This document shows positions 45,104-54,948 of a stretch of 64,000 bases of DNA, piece after piece; position 1 is the first letter of the stretch; every line of letters begins with the position of its first letter. Where the stretch lies: contig CAZSOC010000001.1 in assembly GCA_964608415.1 (NCBI GenBank), positions 174,083-238,082 on the forward strand. Direction: 5' to 3'. The notes beneath the pieces are model-generated. The model did not search any database and was not told where the DNA came from. It saw only the letters and a list, made by a program, of their open reading frames with translations. A program made the position numbers and the translations under genes. This DNA is from an uncultured Flavobacterium sp. Its GTDB lineage: Bacteria > Bacteroidota > Bacteroidia > Flavobacteriales > Flavobacteriaceae.

Positions 45104-46087
45104 ATGACAGGAATTGTATATAAATCTACCGGAAGTTGGTACACAGTAAAGAACCAAACAGGTGAATTTATTGAATGTCGTATCAAAGGAAAATTTAGAC
45201 TAAAAGAAATCAAAAGTACTAATCCTATAGCGGTAGGCGATGTTGTAGATTATGAAACAGAGAAATCGACTGAGGCAGAATTCGGGGTAATACATCACAT
45301 TCATCCCAGAAAAAATTATATTGTCAGAAAATCCGTTAATCTTTCTAAACAATTACACATAATAGCCTCCAATATTGATTGCGTTTTTTTACTAATTACT
45401 ATTAATAACCCACCTACAACAACTAGTTTTATAGATCGTTTCCTGGTTACTGCAGAAGCTTATGCTATCAAAACTGTTTTGGTTTTTAATAAAATAGATA
45501 CACTCGACGAAAAGACATTAGACGAACAACTTTATTTACAGCATATTTATCAGGAAATAGGTTATCAATGCCTGAGAGTTTCTGCTACAGAAAATAAAGG
45601 GATTGATGAGCTAAAATCACTAATGAAAGACAAAGTAAGTATGTTCTCCGGACATTCTGGTGTAGGAAAATCTACATTGGTAAATGCTTTAGAGCCTACT
45701 TTGCATCTTAAAACTACCGAAATTTCCGATCAAAGTAAGCAAGGTCAGCATACAACTACTTTTGCAGAAATGTATGATCTGTCTTTTGATGCCAGAATTA
45801 TAGACACACCGGGAATCAAAGGTTTTGGTATTGTTGATATGGAAAAAGAAGAACTAAGTGGATATTTTCCGGAGTTTTTTAAGCTGAAAGACCAATGTAA
45901 GTTCAATAATTGTCTTCACAAAGAAGAACCGCATTGTGCGGTAAAAGAAGCATTGGAGGAAGATAAGATCTCATGGTCCAGATACAAAAGTTATTTACAG
46001 ATCCTGGAAGGAGATGATGAGCATTATCGTACAGATACTTATAATGAAGACAGGATTGCAAGCGACAAAACCAGAACTTCAGAATAA
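45104..46087 (+). CDS. rsgA: Ribosome small subunit-dependent GTPase A
   Basis: FNKID, GHSGVGKSTLVN, GQHTTT, IDTPGIKGF, CKFNNCLHKEEPHCAV Zn finger. Confidence 0.96.
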   Translation: MTGIVYKSTGSWYTVKNQTGEFIECRIKGKFRLKEIKSTNPIAVGDVVDYETEKSTEAEFGVIHHIHPRKNYIVRKSVNLSKQLHIIASNIDCVFLLITINNPPTTTSFIDRFLVTAEAYAIKTVLVFNKIDTLDEKTLDEQLYLQHIYQEIGYQCLRVSATENKGIDELKSLMKDKVSMFSGHSGVGKSTLVNALEPTLHLKTTEISDQSKQGQHTTTFAEMYDLSFDARIIDTPGIKGFGIVDMEKEELSGYFPEFFKLKDQCKFNNCLHKEEPHCAVKEALEEDKISWSRYKSYLQILEGDDEHYRTDTYNEDRIASDKTRTSE

Positions 46088-46089
46088 TT

Positions 46090-46542
46090 ATGAAAGTAGT
46101 ACTGCAAAGAGTTACAAAAGCAAGTGTAACAATAAACTCTGATGTTTGTGCATCTATTGGTACCGGTTTGCTTATTTTAGCCGGTATAGAAGATCAGGAC
46201 AATATTGAAGATATTAAATGGCTATCGGCAAAAATCGTAAATCTTAGAATTTTTGGAGACCAAAACGGTGTTATGAATTATTCTGTAAAAGATGTTCAAG
46301 GTGAAATTCTCGTTGTAAGTCAGTTCACGTTACACGCATCAACCAAAAAAGGCAACCGACCATCTTATATAAAGTCTTCAAAACCGGATGTCGCTATACC
46401 ACTTTACGAAAATTTCAAAAAACAATTAGCTTTTGACCTGGAAAGACCAATACAGTCTGGAATTTTCGGAGCAGATATGAAAGTAGAATTGCTCAATGAT
46501 GGTCCGGTAACGATTTTGATAGATTCAAAAAATAAGGAGTGA
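46090..46542 (+). CDS. dtd: D-aminoacyl-tRNA deacylase
   Basis: MKVVLQRV, VSQFTL, FGADMKVELLNDGPVT. Confidence 0.96.
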   Translation: MKVVLQRVTKASVTINSDVCASIGTGLLILAGIEDQDNIEDIKWLSAKIVNLRIFGDQNGVMNYSVKDVQGEILVVSQFTLHASTKKGNRPSYIKSSKPDVAIPLYENFKKQLAFDLERPIQSGIFGADMKVELLNDGPVTILIDSKNKE

Positions 46543-46588
46543 TTTGTTAATGTTATCTAAAAATTATTTATATTTTTGAAAAAAAACC

Positions 46589-48490
46589 ATGAAATTCTTT
46601 TTGCTTTTACTTTTTTTTGGAGTGAATTTGGTGAATTCACAAAGTAATTTATTAATTACACAATCAATTCCTGATAATTTAAAAAACAATTCAAATGCTG
46701 TTGTAAGAGAAATTGAACATCAAATTGTAATCAATTCTCAATCTGCTATGACAATAAAGGAGAGAAGAGTCATTACAATTTTAAATGAACAAGGAAATAC
46801 TGTCGCAGGAACCTATGAATATTTTGATAAAAGAAGAAAAATAAAAAAAATTGAAGCCAAAATTTATAATAAACACGGTAAAGAAATAAAATCTGTAAAA
46901 CGCAAAGATTTTAAAGACGTAAGTGTTGGCGATGGCTTTTCTATTTTTAATGACAACAGGATGCTGGATTACGATTATATCCCTGTAGATTACCCTTATA
47001 CATTGGTATATGAATCAGAAATAGAAACATCAAATACTGCTTTTATTCCGAGTTGGAATCCGATACCGGAATATTTTGTGAGTGTCGAAAAATCAACTTA
47101 TAGCGTAACTTGTCCAAAAGAACTTGGGTTTTATCAAAAAGAAATGAATTTTTCCGAAAAATATAATATCCAAAAAAACGAAGAAGGAAATAGAATTACT
47201 TACACTATAACAAATCAGCCATCATTAAAATATGAAGAAAACAGTCCGGATTATTTGAATTTTATACCTAATGTTTTTAGCAGAGTAGAAAAATTTAATC
47301 TTGAAGGAGAAAATGGAACAGCAAAAACATGGGAAGAATTTGGTAAATGGTATTATGATGTATTATTAGCCGGAACAGATGAAATTTCTTCCGGGACAAT
47401 GTCCAAAATTACCCAATTGGTTTCCGGAATAACAGATCCCATAGAAAAAGCGAAAATTATTTACAAATACGTACAGGATAATACGCGATACGTAAGTATT
47501 CAGGTCGGGATCGGAGGTTTTAAACCCATGTTGGCGAAAGATGTCGATCGGCTGGGATATGGAGATTGTAAAGCTTTGACAAATTATACCCGAACTTTAT
47601 TAAAAAATGTCGGAGTAGAATCTTACTATACAATAGTTTATGCAGGAAACAACAGGAGAAGCCTGTTACAGGATTTTCCTTCTGTTCAGGGAAATCATAT
47701 TATCCTTGCAATTCCAGACAACAATGAGATAATTTGGTTAGAATGCACAAGTCAGACTCAGCCTTTTGGGTTTGCAGGAAGTTTTACAGATCACAGAAAC
47801 GTATTGATGGTAAAACCCGATGGAGGACAAATTATTAGGACAACATCTTATCTCAACGAGCAAAATTCGCAAAAATATATCGGAAATTGTAAGTTAGATC
47901 ATGAAGGAAATATACAAGGAAACGTATCGATAATTTCAAAAGGAAAAATGTATGATGAAAATTTTCATGTACAAAAATTTTCTCAGGAGAAAATAAACAA
48001 ACACTATAAAACTATTTTTAGAAACATTAATAATTTAAAAATAGCAAATTACAAACACAAAGACAATCCTGAAAACATTGAGTTTGTTGAAAATATAGAA
48101 ATAACAGCAACAAAATACGCCAACGTATCCGGGAATCAGATGATATTTGTAGTAAATGTTTTCAATCCGGTTTTTTATAGCCCCAAAAAATATAGAAACA
48201 GAGAAAATCCTTTTATAATAGACAGAGGTTATATCAATGAAGATGAATATGAAATTATGCTTCCGGAAGGATATAAAACAGATGCGATTCCGGGAATAGT
48301 AAAATATGATTCTAAATTTGGATCATATGAGATGGAAATTAAATTATTGGACCAAAATAAAATCGTTTATAAACGAAAAATCACTATAAATGACGGACAG
48401 TTTAATAGTTTTGAATATGATGAATATCGCTTGTTCAGAGAGCAAATCGCAAGACATGAAAATTCAAAAATTGTCCTGACTAAAATTTAA
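46589..48490 (+). CDS. DUF3857 + transglutaminase-like domain exported protein, catalytic Cys retained
   Basis: Signal peptide; YGDCKAL (Cys), GNHIIL (His), WLECTS; C-terminal Ig-like domain. Confidence 0.85.
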   Translation: MKFFLLLLFFGVNLVNSQSNLLITQSIPDNLKNNSNAVVREIEHQIVINSQSAMTIKERRVITILNEQGNTVAGTYEYFDKRRKIKKIEAKIYNKHGKEIKSVKRKDFKDVSVGDGFSIFNDNRMLDYDYIPVDYPYTLVYESEIETSNTAFIPSWNPIPEYFVSVEKSTYSVTCPKELGFYQKEMNFSEKYNIQKNEEGNRITYTITNQPSLKYEENSPDYLNFIPNVFSRVEKFNLEGENGTAKTWEEFGKWYYDVLLAGTDEISSGTMSKITQLVSGITDPIEKAKIIYKYVQDNTRYVSIQVGIGGFKPMLAKDVDRLGYGDCKALTNYTRTLLKNVGVESYYTIVYAGNNRRSLLQDFPSVQGNHIILAIPDNNEIIWLECTSQTQPFGFAGSFTDHRNVLMVKPDGGQIIRTTSYLNEQNSQKYIGNCKLDHEGNIQGNVSIISKGKMYDENFHVQKFSQEKINKHYKTIFRNINNLKIANYKHKDNPENIEFVENIEITATKYANVSGNQMIFVVNVFNPVFYSPKKYRNRENPFIIDRGYINEDEYEIMLPEGYKTDAIPGIVKYDSKFGSYEMEIKLLDQNKIVYKRKITINDGQFNSFEYDEYRLFREQIARHENSKIVLTKI

Positions 48491-48495
48491 TATTT

Positions 48496-50469
48496 ATGAA
48501 ATTAATTATTGCGTTACTACTCTTCTCTAATGTTTTATTCTCTCAAAAATACGAACTTGGAAAAGTATCCGTAAAAGAACTGGAAGAAAAACAACATCCT
48601 TTGGATACTGCTGCAGTGGCGGCTATTTTGTATAATAAAGTAGAAACGAGCTTTACATATAGCGAAAGCAGAGGTTTCATGGCAAAACATGAATTCGAGA
48701 TAAGAATTAAAATTTATAAAAAAGAAGGATTAAAATACGCGAACTATGAAATTCCTTATAGAATTAATTATACCAATCTCAATTCGGATGCTTTAGATAT
48801 TTCAAGTGCAAACACTTATAACCTGAAAAACGGTAAGATTGAGAGAACAAAACTTACTAAAGAAGGAGATTTGTTAGACAAAGTAAATGACTATTATAAA
48901 ATAAGAACTTTGTCTTTTCCTGAGGTTAGCGTTGGATCGGTAATAGAATTTAAGTACGTCCTGAAATCAGAAAATCTACTCACTTTTCCCGATTTTATCA
49001 TACAAAGAGAAATCCCTGTAAATTACTCGGAATACGTTACAAAAATACCGGTTACTTACGTTTATAAACCAATTGTTAAAGGTTTTTTGAATATTAAAAA
49101 TGATTCCAAACTAAATAATACCTCAATATCATTTACAAATAGCCAAACCAAAAGAACTGATAATTTAACGTTTCAGGAATTGATTTCGACACATTCAGCA
49201 CATAATGTTCCGGCAATGAACGAAGAATCTTTTGTAGACAATCTCAATAATTATAAGTCTTCTATAAAGTACGAATTGGAAATGATTCAATACAAAAACA
49301 GCCCCAATAAGAGTTTCTCTCAAACCTGGGAAGACCTGACAAAAACTTTGTATGAAGATGAAGACTTCGGAAAACAACTATTAGAACATAAACATCTGGA
49401 AGGAGATCTAAAAACTGTAACGTCCCATAAGAACGACGAAGAAAGGATGTTAGCAGTATTTAATCACATTAAAAATAAATTTACCTGGAATAAAAAAAAT
49501 GGAATTTATACCAATGACGGAGTAAAAAACGCATACCATAATAATACAGGTAATGTTGCCGAAATAAATTTCAACTTAATCTCGATGCTTAACATCTCAG
49601 GAATAAGAGCCACTCCTGTTATCCTGAGTACAATAGGTAACGGAATTGTAAGTTATCCTAATAGAACAGCTTTCAATTATGTTATTGCAATGGCAGAAAT
49701 CGGCAACAAAAAATATTTATTGGATGCTACAAACAAATATAGTCTGCCGGATATTCTTCCTCTAAATGTACTAAATTGGACCGGAAGAAAAATTTCAAAA
49801 TATGGAGATTATGAAGAAATAGATTTAAAACCTACAATTATTTCAAGGAATAATGTTGTCCTTTTTGCAAAATTAGACAAAGAAGGAACTATAACAGGTA
49901 AGGCAAGATTTCAAAAAACAGATTACCATGCTTTTGAGTTTAGAAATAAATTTTCAAATATAAACGAAGATCAATATCTCGAATATTTAGAAAACAGTTT
50001 AAATAAAATTTCAATAGAGAACTATAAAGTAGATAATTTAAATCAATTATCCAGTCCTGTCGTTGAAAGTTTTGATTTTGCTACAGAAAATCAGGTAGAC
50101 ATTATAGGAGATAAAATATACATAAATCCGTTACTTTTCTTTACAAAATATAAAAATCCTTTTAATACCGAAACCAGAGATCTCCCTATATATTTTGGTT
50201 ATCCGGATTCTAAAAAATACAATATTACCATAGAGATCCCGGAAGAATATGAAGTAGAATATTTACCTCAAAGTGTAAATCTTTCTACCGGAGAAAATGT
50301 AGCCTTTTTCAAATTTAATATAGGACAAAATGCCAATCAAATTCAGATTAATGCTAATTTTGATGTAAATTCAATGCTGGTTTCTCAGAATTTCTATTCT
50401 AATATTAAAGAATTTTATAACCAGGTGATTACTAAACAAACCGATAAAATAATTTTGAAGAAAAAATAA
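48496..50469 (+). CDS. DUF3857 + transglutaminase-like domain exported protein, catalytic residues apparently lost
   Basis: Paralog of the upstream gene; TGNVAEIN replaces GDCK, FNYVIA replaces NHII, LLDAT retained. Confidence 0.8.
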   Translation: MKLIIALLLFSNVLFSQKYELGKVSVKELEEKQHPLDTAAVAAILYNKVETSFTYSESRGFMAKHEFEIRIKIYKKEGLKYANYEIPYRINYTNLNSDALDISSANTYNLKNGKIERTKLTKEGDLLDKVNDYYKIRTLSFPEVSVGSVIEFKYVLKSENLLTFPDFIIQREIPVNYSEYVTKIPVTYVYKPIVKGFLNIKNDSKLNNTSISFTNSQTKRTDNLTFQELISTHSAHNVPAMNEESFVDNLNNYKSSIKYELEMIQYKNSPNKSFSQTWEDLTKTLYEDEDFGKQLLEHKHLEGDLKTVTSHKNDEERMLAVFNHIKNKFTWNKKNGIYTNDGVKNAYHNNTGNVAEINFNLISMLNISGIRATPVILSTIGNGIVSYPNRTAFNYVIAMAEIGNKKYLLDATNKYSLPDILPLNVLNWTGRKISKYGDYEEIDLKPTIISRNNVVLFAKLDKEGTITGKARFQKTDYHAFEFRNKFSNINEDQYLEYLENSLNKISIENYKVDNLNQLSSPVVESFDFATENQVDIIGDKIYINPLLFFTKYKNPFNTETRDLPIYFGYPDSKKYNITIEIPEEYEVEYLPQSVNLSTGENVAFFKFNIGQNANQIQINANFDVNSMLVSQNFYSNIKEFYNQVITKQTDKIILKKK

Positions 50470-50473
50470 AATC

Positions 50474-50800
50474 ATGCATCTCAAAAACGCACAACTCGAC
50501 GTAGACAACTGGATCAAAGAACACGGAGTACGCTATTTCAACGAATTGACAAATATGGCACAACTTACCGAAGAAGTAGGTGAAGTTGCACGAATTATTG
50601 CCAGACGTTATGGCGAACAATCCGAAAAAGAAAGTGATAAAGACAAAGATCTAGGAGAAGAATTGGCCGATGTGGTTTTTGTAGTTTTGTGTTTAGCCAA
50701 TCAAACAGGGATCGATCTGCAGGAAGCTTTCGATAAAAAAATGCAATTGAAATCCAATAGAGATAAAGACCGGCATAAGAATAATGAGAAACTCAAATAG
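50474..50800 (+). CDS. MazG-like nucleotide pyrophosphohydrolase
   Basis: QLTEEVGEVAR...LGEELADV acidic helix motifs. Confidence 0.88.
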   Translation: MHLKNAQLDVDNWIKEHGVRYFNELTNMAQLTEEVGEVARIIARRYGEQSEKESDKDKDLGEELADVVFVVLCLANQTGIDLQEAFDKKMQLKSNRDKDRHKNNEKLK

Positions 50801-50802
50801 CT

Positions 50803-52035
50803 GTGAAATTACATCTGGAACCATCAGTCATTCACAAAGAATCATCCGTTACAATTTCCGGAAGTAAATCCGAGACCAACCGATTGCTGTTACTTCAGGC
50901 GTTATATCCGGAAATTATTTTGGAAAATAGATCCAATTCAGACGATTCCGAAGTAATGGCAAAATCACTGCGAAGTAATTCCTCAGAAATAAATATTCAT
51001 CACGCCGGAACAGCCATGCGTTTCCTTACCGCTTTTTTTGCCATTCAGGAAGGAAAAGAAGTCATATTAACCGGTTCATCCCGAATGAAAGAAAGACCGA
51101 TAAAAATTTTGGTGGAAGCTTTAAATTGTTTGGGAGCCGAAATCAGTTATGAAGAAAATCAAGGTTTTCCACCCATCAGAATTAAAGGAAAAAAAATAAC
51201 CCGAAATAAAGTTTCGCTTCCGGCAAATGTAAGTAGTCAGTATATTTCCGCTTTACTATTAATTGCTCCGAAACTGGAAAATGGATTAGAATTAACACTT
51301 GAAGGGGAAATCACATCTATTCCATACATCAAAATGACGTTGGCTTTACTCAACGAAATAGGTATTGAAACCTCATTTGAAAATAACACAATTGTTGTCA
51401 CATCAAGCGCAATCGAGATGCCACATCAACTTGTAACAATCGAAAGTGACTGGTCATCAGCTTCCTATTGGTATTCCATCGTAGCTTTATCGGGAATAGG
51501 AGCACAAATTACACTTTCAAGTTACAAACAAAATAGTTTACAAGGCGATGCTGTTTTAGTTGAAATTTATAAAAAGTTTGGAGTCGAAACCGTTTTCAAT
51601 AACAATTCCATTACTTTACAGAAATCAAACAACTTGAAACCTGAAACGTTAACCCTGAAACTAAATAATTCACCGGACATCGCCCAAACCATCGCTGTAA
51701 CTTGTCTCGGAGTGGGAATTGGGTGTCACTTAACCGGATTACATACCTTAAAAATTAAAGAAACCGACCGATTGGAAGCGTTGAAAAATGAATTGACAAA
51801 ACTTGGAGCCAATGTTTCAGTAACTAATGATAGTCTGACATTGAAACCGTCAGGAATAATCAACGAAAACATTTCCATCAATACCTATCAGGATCACCGA
51901 ATGGCAATGGCTTTTGCTCCTTTGGCAATAAAAATTCCGATTATTATTAACGATGCAGAAGTTGTGTCTAAATCGTATCCTGATTTTTGGAATGATCTAA
52001 AAAAAATAGGATTTGATATTCTCGAAGAAGAATAA
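50803..52035 (+). CDS. aroA: 3-phosphoshikimate 1-carboxyvinyltransferase (EPSP synthase)
   Basis: SGSKSETNR, HAGTAMRF, SSQYISALL, IKETDRL, YQDHRMAM, KSYPDFW; GTG start. Confidence 0.96.
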   Translation: MKLHLEPSVIHKESSVTISGSKSETNRLLLLQALYPEIILENRSNSDDSEVMAKSLRSNSSEINIHHAGTAMRFLTAFFAIQEGKEVILTGSSRMKERPIKILVEALNCLGAEISYEENQGFPPIRIKGKKITRNKVSLPANVSSQYISALLLIAPKLENGLELTLEGEITSIPYIKMTLALLNEIGIETSFENNTIVVTSSAIEMPHQLVTIESDWSSASYWYSIVALSGIGAQITLSSYKQNSLQGDAVLVEIYKKFGVETVFNNNSITLQKSNNLKPETLTLKLNNSPDIAQTIAVTCLGVGIGCHLTGLHTLKIKETDRLEALKNELTKLGANVSVTNDSLTLKPSGIINENISINTYQDHRMAMAFAPLAIKIPIIINDAEVVSKSYPDFWNDLKKIGFDILEEE

Positions 52036-52218
52036 TCTACCACAGTTCTCTTATATCTTCTGTAATAATCAATTGTCGTTTTTTATCATTGACTGTTAAG
52101 AACATATGTGTTTATAATTCACGCTGTTTTTTTAAGCTATAAATACCAAAGTACCAAAACAAGCAAATGCAAAAATGTACTGGTTTTCGCGTTTAATCTC
52201 CATTTTTCCAATGGGGGT

Positions 52219-52231
52219 GTTATGTACAGGT
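52219..52231 (-). repeat. attC R''-like motif after the serine hydrolase stop
   Basis: Minus strand TAA-AAAT-ACCTGTACATAAC. Confidence 0.5.
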
Positions 52232-52236
52232 ATTTT

Positions 52237-53310
52237 TTAGTCAATTTGTTGAATAAAGTGAAAGACTATTTCGTTCAATAAATCATCTAATCTAAAATTT
52301 CCGCTCTTATTTGTCAAAACAGTAATAGCAAGGGATTCTTTAGGATATATTCTATATTCTGTTGTAGTTCCTTGATAACCTCCATTATGTCCAAAATAAT
52401 AGTTTCCGTAGAAATCTTTTATAGATGTGAAACCAAAACCATATCCTGTTTTTTTTCCGTCAAGCGTTTCTTGTGATTTTATAAGTTTCTTTATTGTCTC
52501 TTCTTTGAGTAATCGGTCTTTGTAAATTATTCCGTTGGCAAATTTTACAATATCTTCCGAAGTGGCAATATAACAACCTTGAGCATGTTTGAAAGTACAA
52601 TCTAAACAAGGAGCAAGAACATTTTTCCCTTTTTCTTCAATATAAAAATTGTTATTTAGAGCATCATTATCTTTGAAATCAGGCGTTATATTATCAAGAT
52701 TTAATTTATCCAAAATTAATTTTCTGTGGCAGTTGGTTATGTTATCTCCACACTGTTGCTCGATTATTAATCCAAGCAATTTATACCCGTAATTACTGTA
52801 ACTTAATTGTTTTTTCGGAATAAAAAGTAATTTATCTCTTTTGAAAGATTCATAAAAATCAGATTGTGAATATGTGTTTTTACAATCATATCTTTCTCCG
52901 GTTGGAACTCTAATTATTCCTGCTAAATGTCCTCCAACATCTTTAATTGTAAAGTCATATTCTTTTTTTGGTAAATTTTTTAAATATGAATAAACACTTT
53001 TATTTATATCAATGGAGTCCATCTCCATTAATTTTCCAATAGTTAAAGCGGTTAGACTTTTGGTCATACTTGCTATTCTAAATTTTGTTTTTGAAGGATT
53101 TATCGGTTCTTTCGTTTCTATATTTGAAACACCGAATCCTTTAGAATAAATAAGTTTGTCTTTATATGATATAGAAACAGATAATCCAGGTATTTTATTT
53201 TTTGTCTGAAAATTCTCAACTAATTTATCAGTTTTTTGAGTTGGTTTTTCAAAATTTTGACCATACGAATTTAATGTAATGGTAAGTAAGAATAATAAGC
53301 AATACTTCAT
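52237..53310 (-). CDS. Serine hydrolase (beta-lactamase class C / PBP-like family)
   Basis: SxxK (ASMTKS), YSN, GHNGG; signal peptide MKYCLL...SYGQ. ATG at 53310 preferred over GTG at 53334. Confidence 0.88.
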   Translation of the reverse strand: MKYCLLFLLTITLNSYGQNFEKPTQKTDKLVENFQTKNKIPGLSVSISYKDKLIYSKGFGVSNIETKEPINPSKTKFRIASMTKSLTALTIGKLMEMDSIDINKSVYSYLKNLPKKEYDFTIKDVGGHLAGIIRVPTGERYDCKNTYSQSDFYESFKRDKLLFIPKKQLSYSNYGYKLLGLIIEQQCGDNITNCHRKLILDKLNLDNITPDFKDNDALNNNFYIEEKGKNVLAPCLDCTFKHAQGCYIATSEDIVKFANGIIYKDRLLKEETIKKLIKSQETLDGKKTGYGFGFTSIKDFYGNYYFGHNGGYQGTTTEYRIYPKESLAITVLTNKSGNFRLDDLLNEIVFHFIQQID

Positions 53311-53333
53311 TTTTAAGGGTGATTTTTGATACA

Positions 53334-53419
53334 CTTGCCGACAACACAGGTAGTGCTTATTTCTTTTCGAATTTGCTAATTCTAAGGTTATAAGTTTTTT
53401 TCGCCCATTTATGGGCAGT
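53334..53419 (-). repeat. Compact attC-like element between amidohydrolase and serine hydrolase
   Basis: Minus strand ACTGCCCATAAA (53419-53408)...GTTGTCGGCAAG (53345-53334); 86 bp. Confidence 0.55.
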
Positions 53420-53423
53420 TTCG

Positions 53424-54764
53424 TTATTTGGCTAATGTGTTTTTATAGATTACACCGTTTTTCATTATAACCTTAAAATTGTTTTCGGGGTCTTCTACCA
53501 ATTTTAAATTTTCTAATGGATTTCCGTCTATGATAATCAGGTCGGCATAAGCTCCTTGTGAGATTTCACCTAATTTTCCTGCCGGATAAGGACTTCTTTT
53601 GCCACATAAAGCAAGTAATTCGGCATTGCTGGAAGTTGCCATTTTTAATGTTTCAAAAGGGGTAAACCATCGGGTCATTTTGGAAAGCTGTTTACCCTGT
53701 TTATCGGCTAATGTTGCGTCAAATAGACAATCGGTTCCCCACGCGAGCTTTACGTTATATTTTTTTGCTAATTTGTAAGCATTGTCTGTGCCATTGGTCA
53801 TTTCTAATTGTTTTGTCCTGTTAGCAGAGCCTTGCGGATATGGATTAGCTTCCTCATCATCTAAAAAGGGTTGCAGGCTCCACCAGATGTCTTTTTCTGC
53901 CATTAATTTTACAGTAGCTTCATCCGCTAGTTGTCCGTGTTCTATACATTTTATCCCTGCCGAAATAGCTGTTTTTATTGCTAATGGCGTATAGGCGTGA
54001 ACGGTTACGTAAGTTCCCCAATTTTCGGCAGCACTTACGGCAGCTTTGAATTCGGTTTCTGTATATTGCATAACATCCAAAGGGTCGTAATTAGAAGCCA
54101 CACCGCCACCAGCCATTAACTTGAGCTGTGTAGCTCCCTGTCGTAATTGTTCACGGGAACGAAGCAATACCTGGTCTGCACCATCTGCAATGGCAACCAT
54201 CCCATTTTTTTCGGCATAGGACATTTCACCAATTTTTCTGGGCACGTCGGTTGGCAGGCCAAAATCCCCGTGTCCGCCTGTTTGTGAAATAAATGCTCCA
54301 CTGGAAAAAACCCGGGGACCGGCAATCAGACCCATATCAATGGCTTTGGCTAATGTGAGTGAACCACCTCCCAGATCTCTTACGGTCGTAAAGCCTCTTA
54401 ACAATTGTTTTTCGGCAGCTTTTGCAGCAAATAAATTAAGGAAAGCGTAATCATACATCATCGCCTGCGTTTGGGAGATACTTTCAAACAACAAATGAGA
54501 GTGCGCATCTATTAATCCCGGTATTACATATTTTCCTTTGCCGTCAATAATTCTTGTGAGTCCACTTCTATCCGTTGCTATCGCTTCTGTAGAAATGGTT
54601 TTTATTAAATTGCCTTCGATTAAGATGTTTCCTTTTACAATTTTATTATCTTTTCCATTAAAGATATTGACATTATTGATCAATATTTTGTTGGGTTTTG
54701 TCTGCGAAAACACATTAGTAATAGATACTAACATGAAAAACATAATTACTATTTGTTTTGTCAT
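53424..54764 (-). CDS. Exported metal-dependent amidohydrolase (Xaa-Pro dipeptidase-like subfamily)
   Basis: PGLIDAHSH, GFTTVRDLGG, QLKLMAGGG, VTVHAY, IEHG, WGTD, ADLIIIDGNPL; signal peptide ...VFSQ. Confidence 0.88.
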   Translation of the reverse strand: MTKQIVIMFFMLVSITNVFSQTKPNKILINNVNIFNGKDNKIVKGNILIEGNLIKTISTEAIATDRSGLTRIIDGKGKYVIPGLIDAHSHLLFESISQTQAMMYDYAFLNLFAAKAAEKQLLRGFTTVRDLGGGSLTLAKAIDMGLIAGPRVFSSGAFISQTGGHGDFGLPTDVPRKIGEMSYAEKNGMVAIADGADQVLLRSREQLRQGATQLKLMAGGGVASNYDPLDVMQYTETEFKAAVSAAENWGTYVTVHAYTPLAIKTAISAGIKCIEHGQLADEATVKLMAEKDIWWSLQPFLDDEEANPYPQGSANRTKQLEMTNGTDNAYKLAKKYNVKLAWGTDCLFDATLADKQGKQLSKMTRWFTPFETLKMATSSNAELLALCGKRSPYPAGKLGEISQGAYADLIIIDGNPLENLKLVEDPENNFKVIMKNGVIYKNTLAK

Positions 54765-54850
54765 TTTCTTTTAATTTATTGTTTTGTTACAAGTACTCTG
54801 GACTTTTGTAAAATTGATCATATAGGGAATAGTATTGGCTAAGTTAAGAA

Positions 54851-54875
54851 AAAAGCCAATGCAAAAAGCATTGGC
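54851..54875 (-). terminator. Terminator of the ArsR-SRPBCC operon
   Basis: Minus strand GCCAATGC-TTTTT-GCATTGGC-TTTTTT. Confidence 0.75.
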
Positions 54876-54932
54876 AGCATACGAAGACGAAATGTTTGAT
54901 TTAGCGTAACTCTGCTATTTGGAAAAATAATT

Positions 54933-54944
54933 GTTATGGGCAGT
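54933..54944 (-). repeat. attC R''-like motif after the DUF1801 stop
   Basis: Minus strand TAA-AGAA-ACTGCCCATAAC; identical over 11 bp to 53409-53419. Confidence 0.55.
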
Positions 54945-54948
54945 TTCT

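Noticed and set aside
1308-54764. Nearly all signal peptides are cleaved before Gln
   Set aside because: This is the known Bacteroidota Q-rule (N-terminal pyroglutamate); used only as support for start assignments.
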